This document shows, one piece after another, positions 1 to 11,655 of a DNA stretch of 64,000 bases (within the stretch, counting starts at the first letter, position 1; the number at the start of each line of letters is the position of its first letter). The notes below the pieces were generated by a model. That model was given only the letters and a program-made list of their open reading frames with translations. It was not told the origin of the DNA and ran no database searches. The DNA is from Carpediemonas membranifera BICM (taxonomy: Eukaryota > Protista > Fornicata). Made by a program: the position numbers and the translations under genes. The DNA is taken from contig JAHDYR010000040.1 in the NCBI GenBank assembly GCA_019828565.1, positions 64,269-128,268 of the forward strand. Direction: 5' to 3'.

Positions 1-2526
1 GCGCACCTTATTCGATACAGACGTCGCCGCCCCGAAGACGCACTCTGTCGCCGCGGAGGCGGACGTTGCGTTCCTCTGCGATACAGAGTAGGCGGTCGAC
101 GTGGTCTAGAAGCTCCTGAGGTGTCTTGGCTCGACCAAAGATGTCATCGATGTAGTTCTTCGTACCGTCGGCGCGCACAGGGGCAAGGATTGCCTGGATG
201 GCCCGCTGGAACTGTGACGGTAGGTTACGAAGACCAAAAGGGTGCAAAGTTGTACTCTTTTGAACCGGCCTGGCAGCGTTATAGCGGTGAGGTACTTGTG
301 GTCTTCGCGTACTGGCATTTGATGAAAACCTGACCGGAGGTCACAAGCGAAGAAGTACTTGGCACCGATGAAGTCGTTGGTGAAGGTGCGGATATCTGCG
401 AGGGGGAACCTGTCTGGTGTAGTTACCGAGTTAAGCTCGCGGTAGTCGGCGCAAAGTCGTAACTCGCTTGACTTCTTCACTACGATGACGGCTGCGGATG
501 CCACGTGGCTGTAGGAATCGCGTACGATGCCCCTGTCTGTCCATGTCGTCGATAATCTCGTGCACTCTTTCGGCGGTGGATGCCGTGAGCGGTCGAGGGG
601 CATGGTTGGTAGGGGTGCGCCTGGCACGATGTCAATCGTTGCGGCGGCGATCTGGGCGCCGTCAGGGTGCAGCTCGCCGAATACCGGTGCGTGCCGGCGG
701 ATGACATCAGCCATCTCGGCTTTGAGCGGGAAGTCGCTTGCGATGCGTGTGCCAAGTGGGCCCGCGTCGTCGCTGACGATGTTGTTGACTGCGTGGAAGT
801 CATCGGTCTGGTCGTCGGGGAGGCCTTCGTCCTCGCCGTCGTGAACTTGCGGGCGGAGGCGAAGCATGATGCCCTCGTCGGACATGAGGCCTAAGAACCA
901 CAATATATCCGAGCCGATGAGGACCTTATCGGCCCTGCCGCTGATGACGTGCAGGGGCCAATCGATGATCGTTCGGCGGTCGCCCAAGCGGTCCGCGACC
1001 AGCGTTGTCTCGAAGGTGCCGTGTTGCTGGAGACCTTGGTCGTCAGGGCCCGTCAGCTGGACCATGTCGGGGCCCCTCCTGCCAAACTGGGCGAGTGCGT
1101 TGGCGAGGTCCAGCGAGATGGTGGACACTACGGAGCCAGGGTCGACCGTCGCTGAGATAAGCGTGTCACCTATCGTCACTGGAATCCGGAGAAGCCGGCC
1201 CGGCGAGTAAGCGTGCTCGGCATGCTCTACGTTCTGAACGCTGCCTTGTTGGGGCTTGTTGGGGGTGTCGGTGTGAATGGTGTGGCCTGCTTGGGGTTCT
1301 GCCTGAACTGCCAAGGACCCTTCGACGTCGATGGTTGCTGGGGCTGCTGTGGTTGTCCAGCGGCCTGTCGTTGGGGACCAACCTGCCTGCGGCTGGCGTG
1401 ACTGGTTCTGCTGGGCGGCTGAGGCTTGGTGTGGTGTGCGTTGAGAGGCCTGGCCCTGGCGGGGATCTTGAGGTTGGCGGCCCGCCGGTGTGGCTCTGTT
1501 AGCCTGACTCTGGCGCTTCAGCAGCCGGCACTCTTCAGTAGAGTGGCCGCCGGGACCGTGGACGCGGCAGGTCTTGCGGCCGTTGCCCGGTGTAGCGGGG
1601 ACCTTGGCGCCTGCCATGGGACCGGAGGTCCTCTGGCAGAAGGACCAAGGCGTGACGATCGTCCCATCGGAGTTAGTTGGCAAAGCCAGGATGCGGTGCT
1701 GGACGTCATCGATGGTGGTGGCGCCGTCGGCGAAATCCTCGAAGGCGAGGGCGGCTTCGGTGACGTCAAAACCGCGGGTCAGCACGCGGAAAAAGCGTGG
1801 ATATCAGCCTCTTCTCGGTGAGGGGCGTGTAACCGTTTTCTTCTGTCGGGAACTTGGGGTTCAGCTGGCGACAGTGCTTGCCGAAAGCTAGGAACATCTT
1901 CTGCATAGAGGTGATGTCTCCACCTGTGAGCGTGGTCCTTTCCAGGATCGCCGCGCGAGCGGTTGGGTTAGCCCGCTGGGCGGGTGTCAGCTCGAAGTAC
2001 GCGGTGTAGGTGAGCAAGAGGTCCGCCCGCTCGCGGAGCTCCTCCCTCGAGAGGCGCTCTGAGGCGTTGGTCGAGGTGTCTGGGGCCGTCGGTGGCGGAC
2101 TGACCGCCTTGAGGGCTGCGGTGATGAAGGCCTGCTTCAGCTCGTCTGAAGCGATCGAGGCCGCTTGGGTGTCTATATCCTTGAGCTTGGCCAGGAGAGC
2201 GCTGAGCTCCTCGGCCGATTTGTCGTCGTCGTTCTTCTCGGGTTCATTCTGCTCGGAAGGCTTATGAATGGGAGGACGGATCTCTGTCTCAAAGAAGCAT
2301 TGGAAATCCTCGAATGTTGGGAATCTCGTTGTCGGGATGAACGCCGCGCGGATTTCGGCTAGTTTCTCGCTCCCGAGGAAAAAGAGGATGCTAGACGGCT
2401 GCTTTTTGCTTGCAACATGAAGACGATACTCGTCTAAACGGCTGTTGCTGACTAAAACCATGACAGTGATCACTGTGGTATGGATAGAACAGCTAGCGAA
2501 AGAGGTTTAATCAATTGATTGGGACA
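1..2526 (-). mobile_element. Ty3/Gypsy LTR retrotransposon A (5' part; continues past window start), frameshifted
   Basis: gag 2461-1766, then ORF 1785-106 with CxxHxxxxHxxxxC knuckle, protease-like VDPGS and RT motifs (RLCADYRELN, DLRSGFHQ); PFGLRN and YIDD lie in another frame (8-247). Candidate 5' LTR 2526-2474 (TGTCC...CCACA on minus); partner LTR is outside the window. Confidence 0.9.
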
Positions 2527-2897
2527 GAGGGTGGCGGCCGTGCCCCGGAGCACTCAGCTCCAGGATAATGGGAAGCAAGCTCAGTCCGGGGCCTGATACC
2601 AGGCAAACGTAAATTTCTTTCTTTCTTTCTTTCTTTCGGGTCACCCGGAGGAGCGCTGCTGGAAGAAACATCCCCAGATAAAGCGCTAAGCCATGTTTGT
2701 TTGTTTTCCTCATTACACTAGCCAGCAGATTTAGGTGGTGAGATGCTTTCCGCACTGAACTGGGGGCCCCAGTTAGCAAAAGCGATAGAGCTCAACGCTC
2801 AGCCCGTCGTGGGCTCAATCTCAAGACAAGCGGACGTTTGGATGAAGTCTAATCCCCCCGCAGTGGTCACTGCTGCTTTAATGAATCTGCAGGTGAG

Positions 2898-5800
2898 CTA
2901 TCTCATTGGCGAGCTTGGGATCACGATCCTATCAAGACTCGACAGCCTTGGAGATATTGACACTTCTGAGCGCCTCGGTGTTGTTGGAAGCACAGGATTC
3001 ACACCAGAGGGCGAATAAAGTGTGGAAGCGCCACCAATACCTGCAAGGGGCACGAGACGTCGGGACGACAAGGGCGACACCGAGGTCGAGTGAGATCCTA
3101 GCAGGTGGGATTGACTACTGGCGAGGCTCAGCGGCGGTAGCTTGACACTGTTTGTCCTCGCGTTCACGCTAGAGGGCACGAGAATGGGTAGAATCGCGGT
3201 CGAGTCGTCCGTTCTTGCCACCTTGGGACGCCTACGACGCATGACAAAAAGCAGTGACCCTGGAACAAGTGCCAGAGTGCACGCGGTGACAACAACTCCG
3301 GATACGAGAAGGCACGCGAGTATTCCAAAGATTGGAACTGCCACTCCCAGTGCGACAAGAAGCATGCTGCCAGACGCATCGCCACCTGTTGGATCAGAGT
3401 GTGCCAGAAGAGTCTGCCCACTATAAGCATCGATTTCACAGTGCTTGATGACGTCAAGGAATGAATCATACCTCTGGACTGACGCGCAGACCCTCCCGCC
3501 CGATAGGAATAGCGGGGAAAGTTCGGATTTGTCGAGGAGGATTCGAATCAAGTCGGTGGATCCAAAACGAGCACCGACCAGAGCTACGCAGACAGTGGCG
3601 CCAGCCTCGCCCAGCTCAGCAGTCGTGGCCCCGTCGTCGGAGATGAGGTAGGGGCTGAACGTGGTCAGGATGGCAGTGGAAATGGGTCCGGAGGCGACAC
3701 ACTGGACAGAGGTTGAGCTCAGAGCTGTCACGGTGCTTAGAGCTGCGGTCCAGTTGATCGTCTTGACTTCGAATGAGGAGGGGCAGATTATGCTGGTCTG
3801 ATTGACAGCGAGGCTCGCTCCACTGACTGTAAGATCTGGATCAATCATTATATTCGATGGAATGTCCACAATCAAAGACTCGACCAACCCATCAAAGTTG
3901 AGTGTCAGGTCGTATTCTCCGGCAGGAATGACCCCGTCAAATGACACACACACTGGAACAACCAGAGTCGACTCATTTCCAGTAACAACAGCACAGGAAC
4001 ACTCGCCAAACGAAGCAGAGAGTAGGGCCGACGAGATGATTGAGCCGTTGATGATGATGGCGCTTGGGGTGTCTACCAGGTACTCGAAGCACTCGTCGTG
4101 GGGCTTGCCGTCGGCTGGAGTGCTTGTGAGAGATGGGCAAACGTCACACGCTCTGCCGCCCTCACTGCTGAACTTGCCGTCGTCACATGGTGTGGGCCCT
4201 GTGTCAGCCGCGGCGCTGTAACCTGCGGGAATATCTATGCAGGCCGACTGGCCCTGGGCCGTCTGGTATGTCGAGGCCGGACAGGGGGTCTGGTCAGTGT
4301 GGGCGCCCGTGGGTGGGACGTAGTAGCCGGGGTCGGCTGGGGTACACTCGCTGGAACCTGTGTTGGGTGAGAATTTGCCGGAGTTGCACTCGGCTTGGGC
4401 AGATTTGTCGGTCTCGGGGACGTAGTAGCCAGCAGCTGCAGCGTCGCAGGCTGCCTGCTCTGAGTCTGAGTAATGACCAGAGGGGCACTCACCGCACGAG
4501 ACCTGTCCCCCGAGTTCTTGGAACGTGCCCGGTGAGCACGCCGTCTCGCTAGTAGCAGAGGGACCTGGGACATAGTGGCCTGCGGACGCGTCTGTACATG
4601 CTGCCTGTCCCTCGCCGCTGTATGTGCCAGCAAGGCATGGGTTGCACGAGGTCATCCCCTCGTCGGGCTGACAGGTGCCTGCGGGGCACGGTGTCTGGGT
4701 CGACTGGGTTGAGTCGGGGACGAAGTTACCGGCTAATGCTGCAGTGCAGGTCGACTGGGCGGCGGAGGCAGTGTAGGTGCCGGCCATGCAGGGGTACTGT
4801 CTGGACTGGTCGAAAGCGGGGACAAAGTAGCCTGCATCCGCTGCGGTGCACGTCTCCTGGCCGCCGGGGGAGTAGTACCCCGTGTCGCACGGCTCCTCAC
4901 CGCTCCTGGCCGCGTTGACGTGGTGCGCGGCCCGGGCCTTGGTACATGAGCCCGAGCCCTCTGTGGCGTACCAGCCGCTGGGGCAGGCCTCGATGTCACT
5001 CCTGTCGCTGGTCGGGACGAAACCGGCAGGGGATACGGTGCATTGGGACGCGCCGGCGCTGCTGTAGTAGCCGCTCTGGCAGGGCGTCTGGCTCGACCGG
5101 GCGCCGTTCGCCGGGACATAGAAGCCGGCGCTGGTCGTGATGCAAGAGGTCTGGGCAGCTGCCGGCTGGTACTTGCCGTTGTTACACGGTTTCTGCAGGG
5201 ACTTGTCAGCGTCATCCACGTAGTATCCAGCCGACGCCCTCGTGCAAGTATCTGAGGCCGCTCCAGGGGGACTGTAATATCCAGAATTACACGCGACACA
5301 TGACGACTGCCCCTCTGCCGACTGGTAAGTGCCGGCCTCACACGGGGTCTGGGTAGTGTGCCCGTCGCCGTCGTCGGCGGTGTAGTACCCAGGGCTGACC
5401 AGCTCACACGCCGTCTGGCCCGGGCTGGGCTGGTAGTAGCCACCGTCGCACGGGAGCTGCTGGGTTTGGTCACAGCTTGGGACGTAGTAGCCGGCTTCGG
5501 CGGGGGTGCACTGGCTGCTGCCTTCTGCCGAGTATGAGCCCGGGGGGCAGGCGTCCTGGGTCTCGTGGGGCTTGCCGTCGGCTTCAGTGTAGAACCCGGC
5601 ATCTGTTTTCAAACAAGAGGTTTGACCTGTGCGCGGCTGGTAGTGGCCGTTATCGCACGCCACCTGCCTTGTCTTGTCGGAGTCAGCGACGTAGTACCCG
5701 GTCTCAGCGCTCGTGCATGCCACACTCTGCACGACCGCGGAGAACGTCCCATTGGCACACGGGGTCGGGCTGGTTCGAGCCCCATCGGCAGGGACGAAGT

Positions 5801-7802
5801 AGCCCGGCTGGGCTTCAGTGCACGATGACTGGCGGGAACTCGGGCTGTACCAGCCGCCGTTACAGGCCATCTGGGCACTGGAGCCTGGGTTCGAGACGTG
5901 GTAGCCGATGTCTGCGTCCAGACATGTTGAAGCTTGGCCGCTCGGCTGGTATGACCCTGCCGGGCACGGGATTTGGGCAGGGTGGGGGTCTCCGTCGGCC
6001 GGTACGTAGTGGCCGGCTGTAGCATTAAGGCAGGTTGTCTGCACGCTGTCTGGCTGGTACTTGCCGTCGTAACAGTTGGTGCACGTGTCTGTGTTACCCA
6101 GTGAGAATGTCCCAGCGGGACAGTCCACTTCGGCGGACTGGTCACTCGTGGTTCTGTGTCCCGAAGCGGCTATAGTGCACGAGGATGATCCTGCTGGAGC
6201 GTAAGATCCTGAAGCACATGGGGTTTGGCCCGAGTTTGGCATGTTGTTGTTCTCGACGAAGTTGCCGGCATCAGTCTTTGTGCAGGCAGAGGCGGGCGTG
6301 GCCGAGCTGTAGTACCCGTTGAAGCAGTCCGTGCAGTGGTCCGAATTGCCCGGTGAGACTGAGCCGAGAGTGCACAAGACTTGACCCGACTGGTCAGCGT
6401 TGGTCCTATATCCCGTGCTTGACGCCGTACAGGTCGTGGATCCCTGGGTAGCGTATGACCCAGTAGAGCATGCAGAGCAAACGTCTGTGTTGCCTGCTGA
6501 GCTCGTACCGACTGGACATATCGTCTGGTCAGACTGGTCCGAGTTTGTCTTGTAGCCAGGGGAGGCGGTCGTGCACGAGGTTGACCCTGCCGCAGCGTAG
6601 GACCCGGTCGGGCAGGCAGTGATGCCCGACCTCAGACTTCCCTTGTATCCAGCCGAAGTTATAAAGTTATAAATGGTGACCCGACCCCGATTTGAACTGT
6701 ACTCGGGAGCGCCGACTAGAAGGTACGACACGCCCGAGGAGCCGGCCCACAGCGACACAGAGGCGCCGAAGCGTCCGCTGCCTGTATATGTGTCGAAATC
6801 AACCCAGCCAATGCCGTTAAATGTGTAAACGAAAACAGTGTTGGTGCTGGGAGCGCCGACAGCGAGGTAGGACCCTGCCACAGCGACGGATTCCCCGAAA
6901 GAGGCATGGCCGGAGCGCGTGAGCACACCTGAGTCGGCCCATGACCCAGAGCTGAGCTTCCACAGCAAGACTTGGCCCGAGTCAGTTCCTGCCGCAAGCC
7001 AGGTCGAGTCAATGCTCAGGGAATGGCCGATGTGGGTGTACCCGGACCTCGACACCGCGGCAGGGTACTGGGAGGGAGTGGCGCCGGACTTTGTCACAAA
7101 ATGGATTTGGCCAGCGTCCTTGTCGGGGGCCGAGCCGGCGCAGACAGAACCAGAGTATCTGTTGCACGAGACTGCGTATCCGATATGAACGTATGCATTA
7201 TCCAGCCATCTAAGGTATGTCTCGCCCTGGTTCCACGCCGAGTAGAAGTAGAAGGCGCCGCTCTCTCTGACCCAGCCGCCGTCATTGAAGTCATTGTTCG
7301 GCTTGCCAACGAGCACGCCGCCGTCAGGGAAGATGCCGGTGGCCCAGCCGTAGTATCCGTTCTCGTCGTCGTCGAGGGATTTCACTGTCGTCTTCTGGTT
7401 CCAGTTGCCCGAAGAATCACGCTGGTAAATGTTGATTCGACCCGCGCCGTTCTCGCCGCTGACCGACTGATACGGCCTGCCAGCCACGGCATAGCCAGAC
7501 GCGCTAATATCAACAGAGTAGCCGAGCTTTCCTCCGGTGGAGGAACCCGCCATGGCGGTGGGTGAGGACCAGGCCTTCGTGGGGCTGGAAAAGGCGATGC
7601 CGTAAACTGTTTCGGCGCCAGGAGCACCGATAATGGCATAACCTTCCACTACAGACACTGAAAAGCCGAGGTTGGAAGCTGACGCGCCGTCGAAGGATTG
7701 AGATGTCACTGTGATTCCAGTTTGCACGCTGCGGAATACTAAAAAGCCTAAAACGATCGCTATCGATCGTACTAAGAATGCTCTTGAAGTTTGCAATTGC
7801 AT
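2898..7802 (-). CDS. Large type I membrane surface protein: FG-GAP beta-propeller plus GCC2/GCC3-like Cys-rich repeats
   Basis: N-terminal hydrophobic signal; FG-GAP motifs (FGESVAVAG...VGAP); many CPAGxY/C..A.AG.Y repeats; hydrophobic TM segment before RRRR; Ser/Pro-rich tail; 1634 aa. Confidence 0.85.
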   Translation of the reverse strand: MQLQTSRAFLVRSIAIVLGFLVFRSVQTGITVTSQSFDGASASNLGFSVSVVEGYAIIGAPGAETVYGIAFSSPTKAWSSPTAMAGSSTGGKLGYSVDISASGYAVAGRPYQSVSGENGAGRINIYQRDSSGNWNQKTTVKSLDDDENGYYGWATGIFPDGGVLVGKPNNDFNDGGWVRESGAFYFYSAWNQGETYLRWLDNAYVHIGYAVSCNRYSGSVCAGSAPDKDAGQIHFVTKSGATPSQYPAAVSRSGYTHIGHSLSIDSTWLAAGTDSGQVLLWKLSSGSWADSGVLTRSGHASFGESVAVAGSYLAVGAPSTNTVFVYTFNGIGWVDFDTYTGSGRFGASVSLWAGSSGVSYLLVGAPEYSSNRGRVTIYNFITSAGYKGSLRSGITACPTGSYAAAGSTSCTTASPGYKTNSDQSDQTICPVGTSSAGNTDVCSACSTGSYATQGSTTCTASSTGYRTNADQSGQVLCTLGSVSPGNSDHCTDCFNGYYSSATPASACTKTDAGNFVENNNMPNSGQTPCASGSYAPAGSSSCTIAASGHRTTSDQSAEVDCPAGTFSLGNTDTCTNCYDGKYQPDSVQTTCLNATAGHYVPADGDPHPAQIPCPAGSYQPSGQASTCLDADIGYHVSNPGSSAQMACNGGWYSPSSRQSSCTEAQPGYFVPADGARTSPTPCANGTFSAVVQSVACTSAETGYYVADSDKTRQVACDNGHYQPRTGQTSCLKTDAGFYTEADGKPHETQDACPPGSYSAEGSSQCTPAEAGYYVPSCDQTQQLPCDGGYYQPSPGQTACELVSPGYYTADDGDGHTTQTPCEAGTYQSAEGQSSCVACNSGYYSPPGAASDTCTRASAGYYVDDADKSLQKPCNNGKYQPAAAQTSCITTSAGFYVPANGARSSQTPCQSGYYSSAGASQCTVSPAGFVPTSDRSDIEACPSGWYATEGSGSCTKARAAHHVNAARSGEEPCDTGYYSPGGQETCTAADAGYFVPAFDQSRQYPCMAGTYTASAAQSTCTAALAGNFVPDSTQSTQTPCPAGTCQPDEGMTSCNPCLAGTYSGEGQAACTDASAGHYVPGPSATSETACSPGTFQELGGQVSCGECPSGHYSDSEQAACDAAAAGYYVPETDKSAQAECNSGKFSPNTGSSECTPADPGYYVPPTGAHTDQTPCPASTYQTAQGQSACIDIPAGYSAAADTGPTPCDDGKFSSEGGRACDVCPSLTSTPADGKPHDECFEYLVDTPSAIIINGSIISSALLSASFGECSCAVVTGNESTLVVPVCVSFDGVIPAGEYDLTLNFDGLVESLIVDIPSNIMIDPDLTVSGASLAVNQTSIICPSSFEVKTINWTAALSTVTALSSTSVQCVASGPISTAILTTFSPYLISDDGATTAELGEAGATVCVALVGARFGSTDLIRILLDKSELSPLFLSGGRVCASVQRYDSFLDVIKHCEIDAYSGQTLLAHSDPTGGDASGSMLLVALGVAVPIFGILACLLVSGVVVTACTLALVPGSLLFVMRRRRPKVARTDDSTAILPILVPSSVNARTNSVKLPPLSLASSQSHLLGSHSTSVSPLSSRRLVPLAGIGGASTLYSPSGVNPVLPTTPRRSEVSISPRLSSLDRIVIPSSPMR

Positions 7803-8086
7803 CTATCGCCTCGTTCTCTTTCTATTCCGAGAACAATGCAAAACTTTCTGTGGTCTCAGCGGCAGCTGATCAACGGGTCTCAAATCGTCAACTATTGAGT
7901 CAATCTGAATCTGATCACTCGATAAGAAGAAACAATCAAACCCAGGCTGCCACGTCCATGCCGAGGCAACTAACACTTCCATGCTGTGATAGGTCTGGCC
8001 AGCCAGCAGGCTTGTACGAGACTGCAACATGTCGGTAATCGGAAGAAAAGAACGCAACGCCGCTCTTTATGATACAGCGCCATGGC

Positions 8087-8915
8087 TCACTCCCTCCCCT
8101 GCCTAAGCTCCAGCAGCTTCCGACGCTGCTCCGTCAGAGTCTGCAGGTCCTTGTGATGCTGTCTGAACTCCTCCGCAGAGGCTGTAACGGGCCTGGCTGA
8201 CCGGCTTGTCGCATCCAAGTAGTTCTCAAGTGCACGGGCGCGGCGTTCCTTCTGGAGGTGGTCGGCCTCTTCGCGGACAGACCCCTCAGAGGTAATCGTG
8301 TCAAGCTGGCGCTGGAACAGGCGCTGGTGGAGGCGGTCTTCCTGTTTCTTCATCTGCCGGACCTGCTTGCTCTCGTGGATTCGCTGCAGTCGCTGCTCTT
8401 CGAGTTGACGCTCATGGACGGCTACGAGATCAACGTTGAACGGCGACTTCTCAAGCTTGCTCTTCCAGCGGCGCCGACGGCCACGCTCATCCTTAATATC
8501 ATGTAGTTGTTCCCGTTCGCGGCGGTTGGACTCGCGAGTCTTGATCGCCTCGCGCTGAAATGTTGCGTTCGAAAGGACACGGGTGGTAGCCTCTCTGGCG
8601 TTAACAGACATCTCGGAGCGCGTAGTCTCGTCAAGGCCACGGGGATACTCCAGCAGGCGCGGGGAACGATCGATTGTGCTGCTGGCAGCGCTGCTCGGAA
8701 CTCTGCGGGGTGATTTCCGTCTTGGCGAAGACTTCCGCGAGGAGTGGATGCTCTCGGGCTGTGGTTTGGGTGCCTTGAGGCGTTGCCGAAGTGGCGAGTG
8801 ACGCAAACGACCTGAATAAACGGAGGAGAGTGGACATACGTTTGATCTCTTCGTCCTTTGCCTTCTGTGACGCGGTATGCCGCTTTTTCTTAGTAATTTG
8901 CTCATAAGTAGCCAT
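8087..8915 (-). CDS. Hypothetical basic coiled-coil protein, 2 exons (intron 8839-8812)
   Basis: A 28-nt GTATGT...TTTATTCAG intron joins ORF 8990-8631 (MATYEQITKKK...EIK) in frame to ORF 8920-8087 (RRLRHSP...). Start codon uncertain. Confidence 0.65.
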
Positions 8916-9078
8916 TTCATTCATAATGGGCGCCAGCTGCTGGCTACTAAAGCCAAATGACGCCGACGATAACATTTGCAGATCAGCCACTCAAAATTTC
9001 GATCTGATTACCTCAACAGGCACACACCCTGTACCAATCCCTCCCACTCCATTTACACCTATCGATATAACTACCTTC

Positions 9079-9810
9079 TCAGTTAGTAACTTCCTGCTTG
9101 TTTCGAACGATGCCCTTTGACTTGAAAGTCGTCCGAGCAACCATCGTCGGCCGCACGGCCGGTATCGCTGGGACCGGGGCTTGCTCTGAAGCTTGGATCG
9201 AGCTGCTATCGGCCATTTGGGCGATCACATTGCTCTTGGCCTGTTCCTTTCTCTCCTCCTCCCTGGCTGCCTTGGCCGCGGCTTCGGCCTGGGCCATCGC
9301 CTCCATTGCTGCATGCGCCTTCTCCATCTCAGCCTTCTTCTTCTGTTCTACGTCCTTTCTTTGCCTCTCGGCTTCTGAGCGCTGGAATGCAGTTTCGTTG
9401 TCCTTTGCTTGCTTGGCCGCCGCCTCTCGGTCCTTCGCCCGCTGAGCTTCATTAGCTGAGTACCGTTCCTCTGCCTGTTTCCTGCGGTTAATAAGGTCAA
9501 GCTTGCTTGCTTTGAAGAGAATAGGCTCCCAAATGACGCCTGGGTTAATCTTCTTCACTGAAATTGCAAGTACTTTGCCTTTGCCGGTAATTGAAGGCTT
9601 AACTCTTGCACTGCATGTGCTTTCATCAACGGACTCCGCAAAATCAACGATAGCGAGGTAACTACGTCCGGAGTCGGTAATTGAGAGCTTCACATGCACG
9701 TCTGTGCAGTACATGTCTGCATTTTTAGCTGATACACCAGTGGGAAGGGATACATCCACTAAAATGCTCTCTGCCGTCTGGCTAACGGTTGTTTCGAGTG
9801 AGAACACCAT
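9079..9810 (-). CDS. DNAAF4: Dynein axonemal assembly factor 4 (DYX1C1)-like: CS/p23 domain plus coiled coil, no TPR
   Basis: N-terminal SQT...VSLPTGVSAKNADMYCTDVHVKL resembles the DYX1C1 CS domain; charged coiled coil; C-terminal IPAVR...TF motif. Confidence 0.65.
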   Translation of the reverse strand: MVFSLETTVSQTAESILVDVSLPTGVSAKNADMYCTDVHVKLSITDSGRSYLAIVDFAESVDESTCSARVKPSITGKGKVLAISVKKINPGVIWEPILFKASKLDLINRRKQAEERYSANEAQRAKDREAAAKQAKDNETAFQRSEAERQRKDVEQKKKAEMEKAHAAMEAMAQAEAAAKAAREEERKEQAKSNVIAQMADSSSIQASEQAPVPAIPAVRPTMVARTTFKSKGIVRNKQEVTN

Positions 9811-9948
9811 CGCAGTGCATAAAATGCGAAATGTAGAAGAGACATCGTAGAGACCTCAACTTGACTCACATCACGCGAATGGGCTGGCCGTGGGCCTAAT
9901 CAAGTCGAGACGCCGCGCCGCACTTTAGCTCCTTGTGTTGTGGCGACG

Positions 9949-10872
9949 ATGAATCAAGAGACTCCCGAGGCCATTCGTGGTCAGCTGAGCATCTACAAGC
10001 TCCTGTTTGAGTATAGGATTCATTTCCAGAAGCTTCTTGCTCTTGCTAACCAGCTTCCCGTCCCTAAGGAGGTTTCTCCGATTCACACAGCAGCGAAGAA
10101 GCATGGCGGCAAAGGAACCGTTACTGAAGTCAGCAACATGCTCGATACCATTATCAAGAAGATGGGTGCTGTAACACTCTCCATTCCCGCTCCCAAGGAT
10201 ACCGACCAGCCTAAGCACGATGATTCCGACGACGACGAGATCCCCAGCGATTTCGACGAGGACGACGACGAAGATGACGAGTCTGGCTCCGAATCCGAGG
10301 AGGAAGACACCGACGAGCCCGCAGACACCTCAGTGAAGACCCTCCTCGCTCGCAACCAGGCCCTCCGTGACTCTGTCGGTCCCGTGCTTCAGAGCTGGGC
10401 CACGAAGACTCAGACCATTGACCGTGCCCAAATGAGCAAGGTTACTGAGGCCAACACGATTGCCCTGAAGGTCACCGGCCTCAAGTCTCAGATGGACCTC
10501 AACGCCGGAGTGTACGAGGACTCCGAGTGGTATGGCCGCGTCCTCCGCGACTTCGTCACACGCTCACAGATGGGAGCGGCTGATATTGCAAGAAACATAG
10601 CCGCCTCCAAATCACTCAGAGTCAAACGAAAGAAGGCGTCTAACCATTCAAACAAGGGGCGCGCGTTCAACAAGAAGACACACGAGAAGCTGGTGGGGTA
10701 CATGGGCACGGTGCCTGTGAAGTATGACCCCCTCGCCGACACTATTATGAGCAGACTGTTCGGCGTGCCCACGGTGAATGCGGAGGCTGCCGAGTGGTAC
10801 GACGGGCGGCGGAAGAAGGCAGCTAAGGGTGCGGCTACTACTGTGGTTGCTGCTGAAGACCTTTTCGGATAA
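9949..10872 (+). CDS. BFR2: AATF/Bfr2 ribosome biogenesis factor
   Basis: QLSIYKLLFEYRIHFQKLLALANQLP, acidic tract, YEDSEWYGRVLRDFV and SNKGRAFNKKTHEKLVGYM match AATF/TRAUB motifs. Confidence 0.8.
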   Translation: MNQETPEAIRGQLSIYKLLFEYRIHFQKLLALANQLPVPKEVSPIHTAAKKHGGKGTVTEVSNMLDTIIKKMGAVTLSIPAPKDTDQPKHDDSDDDEIPSDFDEDDDEDDESGSESEEEDTDEPADTSVKTLLARNQALRDSVGPVLQSWATKTQTIDRAQMSKVTEANTIALKVTGLKSQMDLNAGVYEDSEWYGRVLRDFVTRSQMGAADIARNIAASKSLRVKRKKASNHSNKGRAFNKKTHEKLVGYMGTVPVKYDPLADTIMSRLFGVPTVNAEAAEWYDGRRKKAAKGAATTVVAAEDLFG

Positions 10873-11655
10873 ATCATTGCGGATTGCTGAGCTGGGTTGA
10901 GTGACGATGCACGGGTCTCGGCTTTGGCGACTATGCCACGTTGTTTGCTTCACACTCGTACTTATATCCTCCACTTCTTGAAACAAACATAGTGATGCCG
11001 ACTCCACGTGCAGTCGAGTCTGCCAGGTTTGCAAGTGTTTCCCCAATGCAGCATTTTGTGACTCTGCCACAGTCAACCGCGCATGCACCACAAAACATGG
11101 TAGGGGCCGTGTGGCAGTGAATACATTCGCAGATCATTTTGAGGTCATGGAGGTGTGTTGCATCGGACATTGCGATGAAGTTCCCTTCGTGGTGACCTTG
11201 CTAATCGAAGAGGAAGTGACACAGCATTTACTATGTAGCTGGACAGTCAGATGATCGTCGGTGTTGTGGGCGAGGTCTGCTGCCTCGGCAGAGTGTGACC
11301 TCAGATAGGACTGGAATCAGGTTGTCTGCTGAGAAAGACTGAACGTCATACGAGAAGCGGATACGAATCATTTCCCACTACCCAGACCCAGTTATCGCAA
11401 AGGAAGTGATGCGGCTGCCTACAGGAATGTGCAATTTCGGGCATCGGCTGGCTCAGTCGGGCATGGGTCAAAGTACCATCCAGCTCACCACACAACCCGG
11501 CCATTCTAATGCTAGGTTGGTCTTTTAACATGCAGTCCAAGTGCAACGTAGGCTAGACGGCGCCGAATGTGTAGCGTTTAGACTAAGACTTGAGGGTAGA
11601 ACCTCCTGTAGTGGTGAAAATGGTCTGAACTACTCATAAATAGATTCAACAGAAT

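Noticed and set aside
1766-1800. Possible programmed gag/pol frameshift in element A
   Set aside because: Related elements have fused gag-pol, and A has another frameshift inside RT, so decay or sequencing error is more likely.
4100-6650. Periodic repeats that might suggest an array
   Set aside because: They are protein-level Cys-rich repeats in one ORF; no CRISPR-like repeat-spacer structure.
10931-11170. 79-aa Cys-rich ORF downstream of Fanzor
   Set aside because: Short, no recognisable finger spacing, and outside the proposed element.
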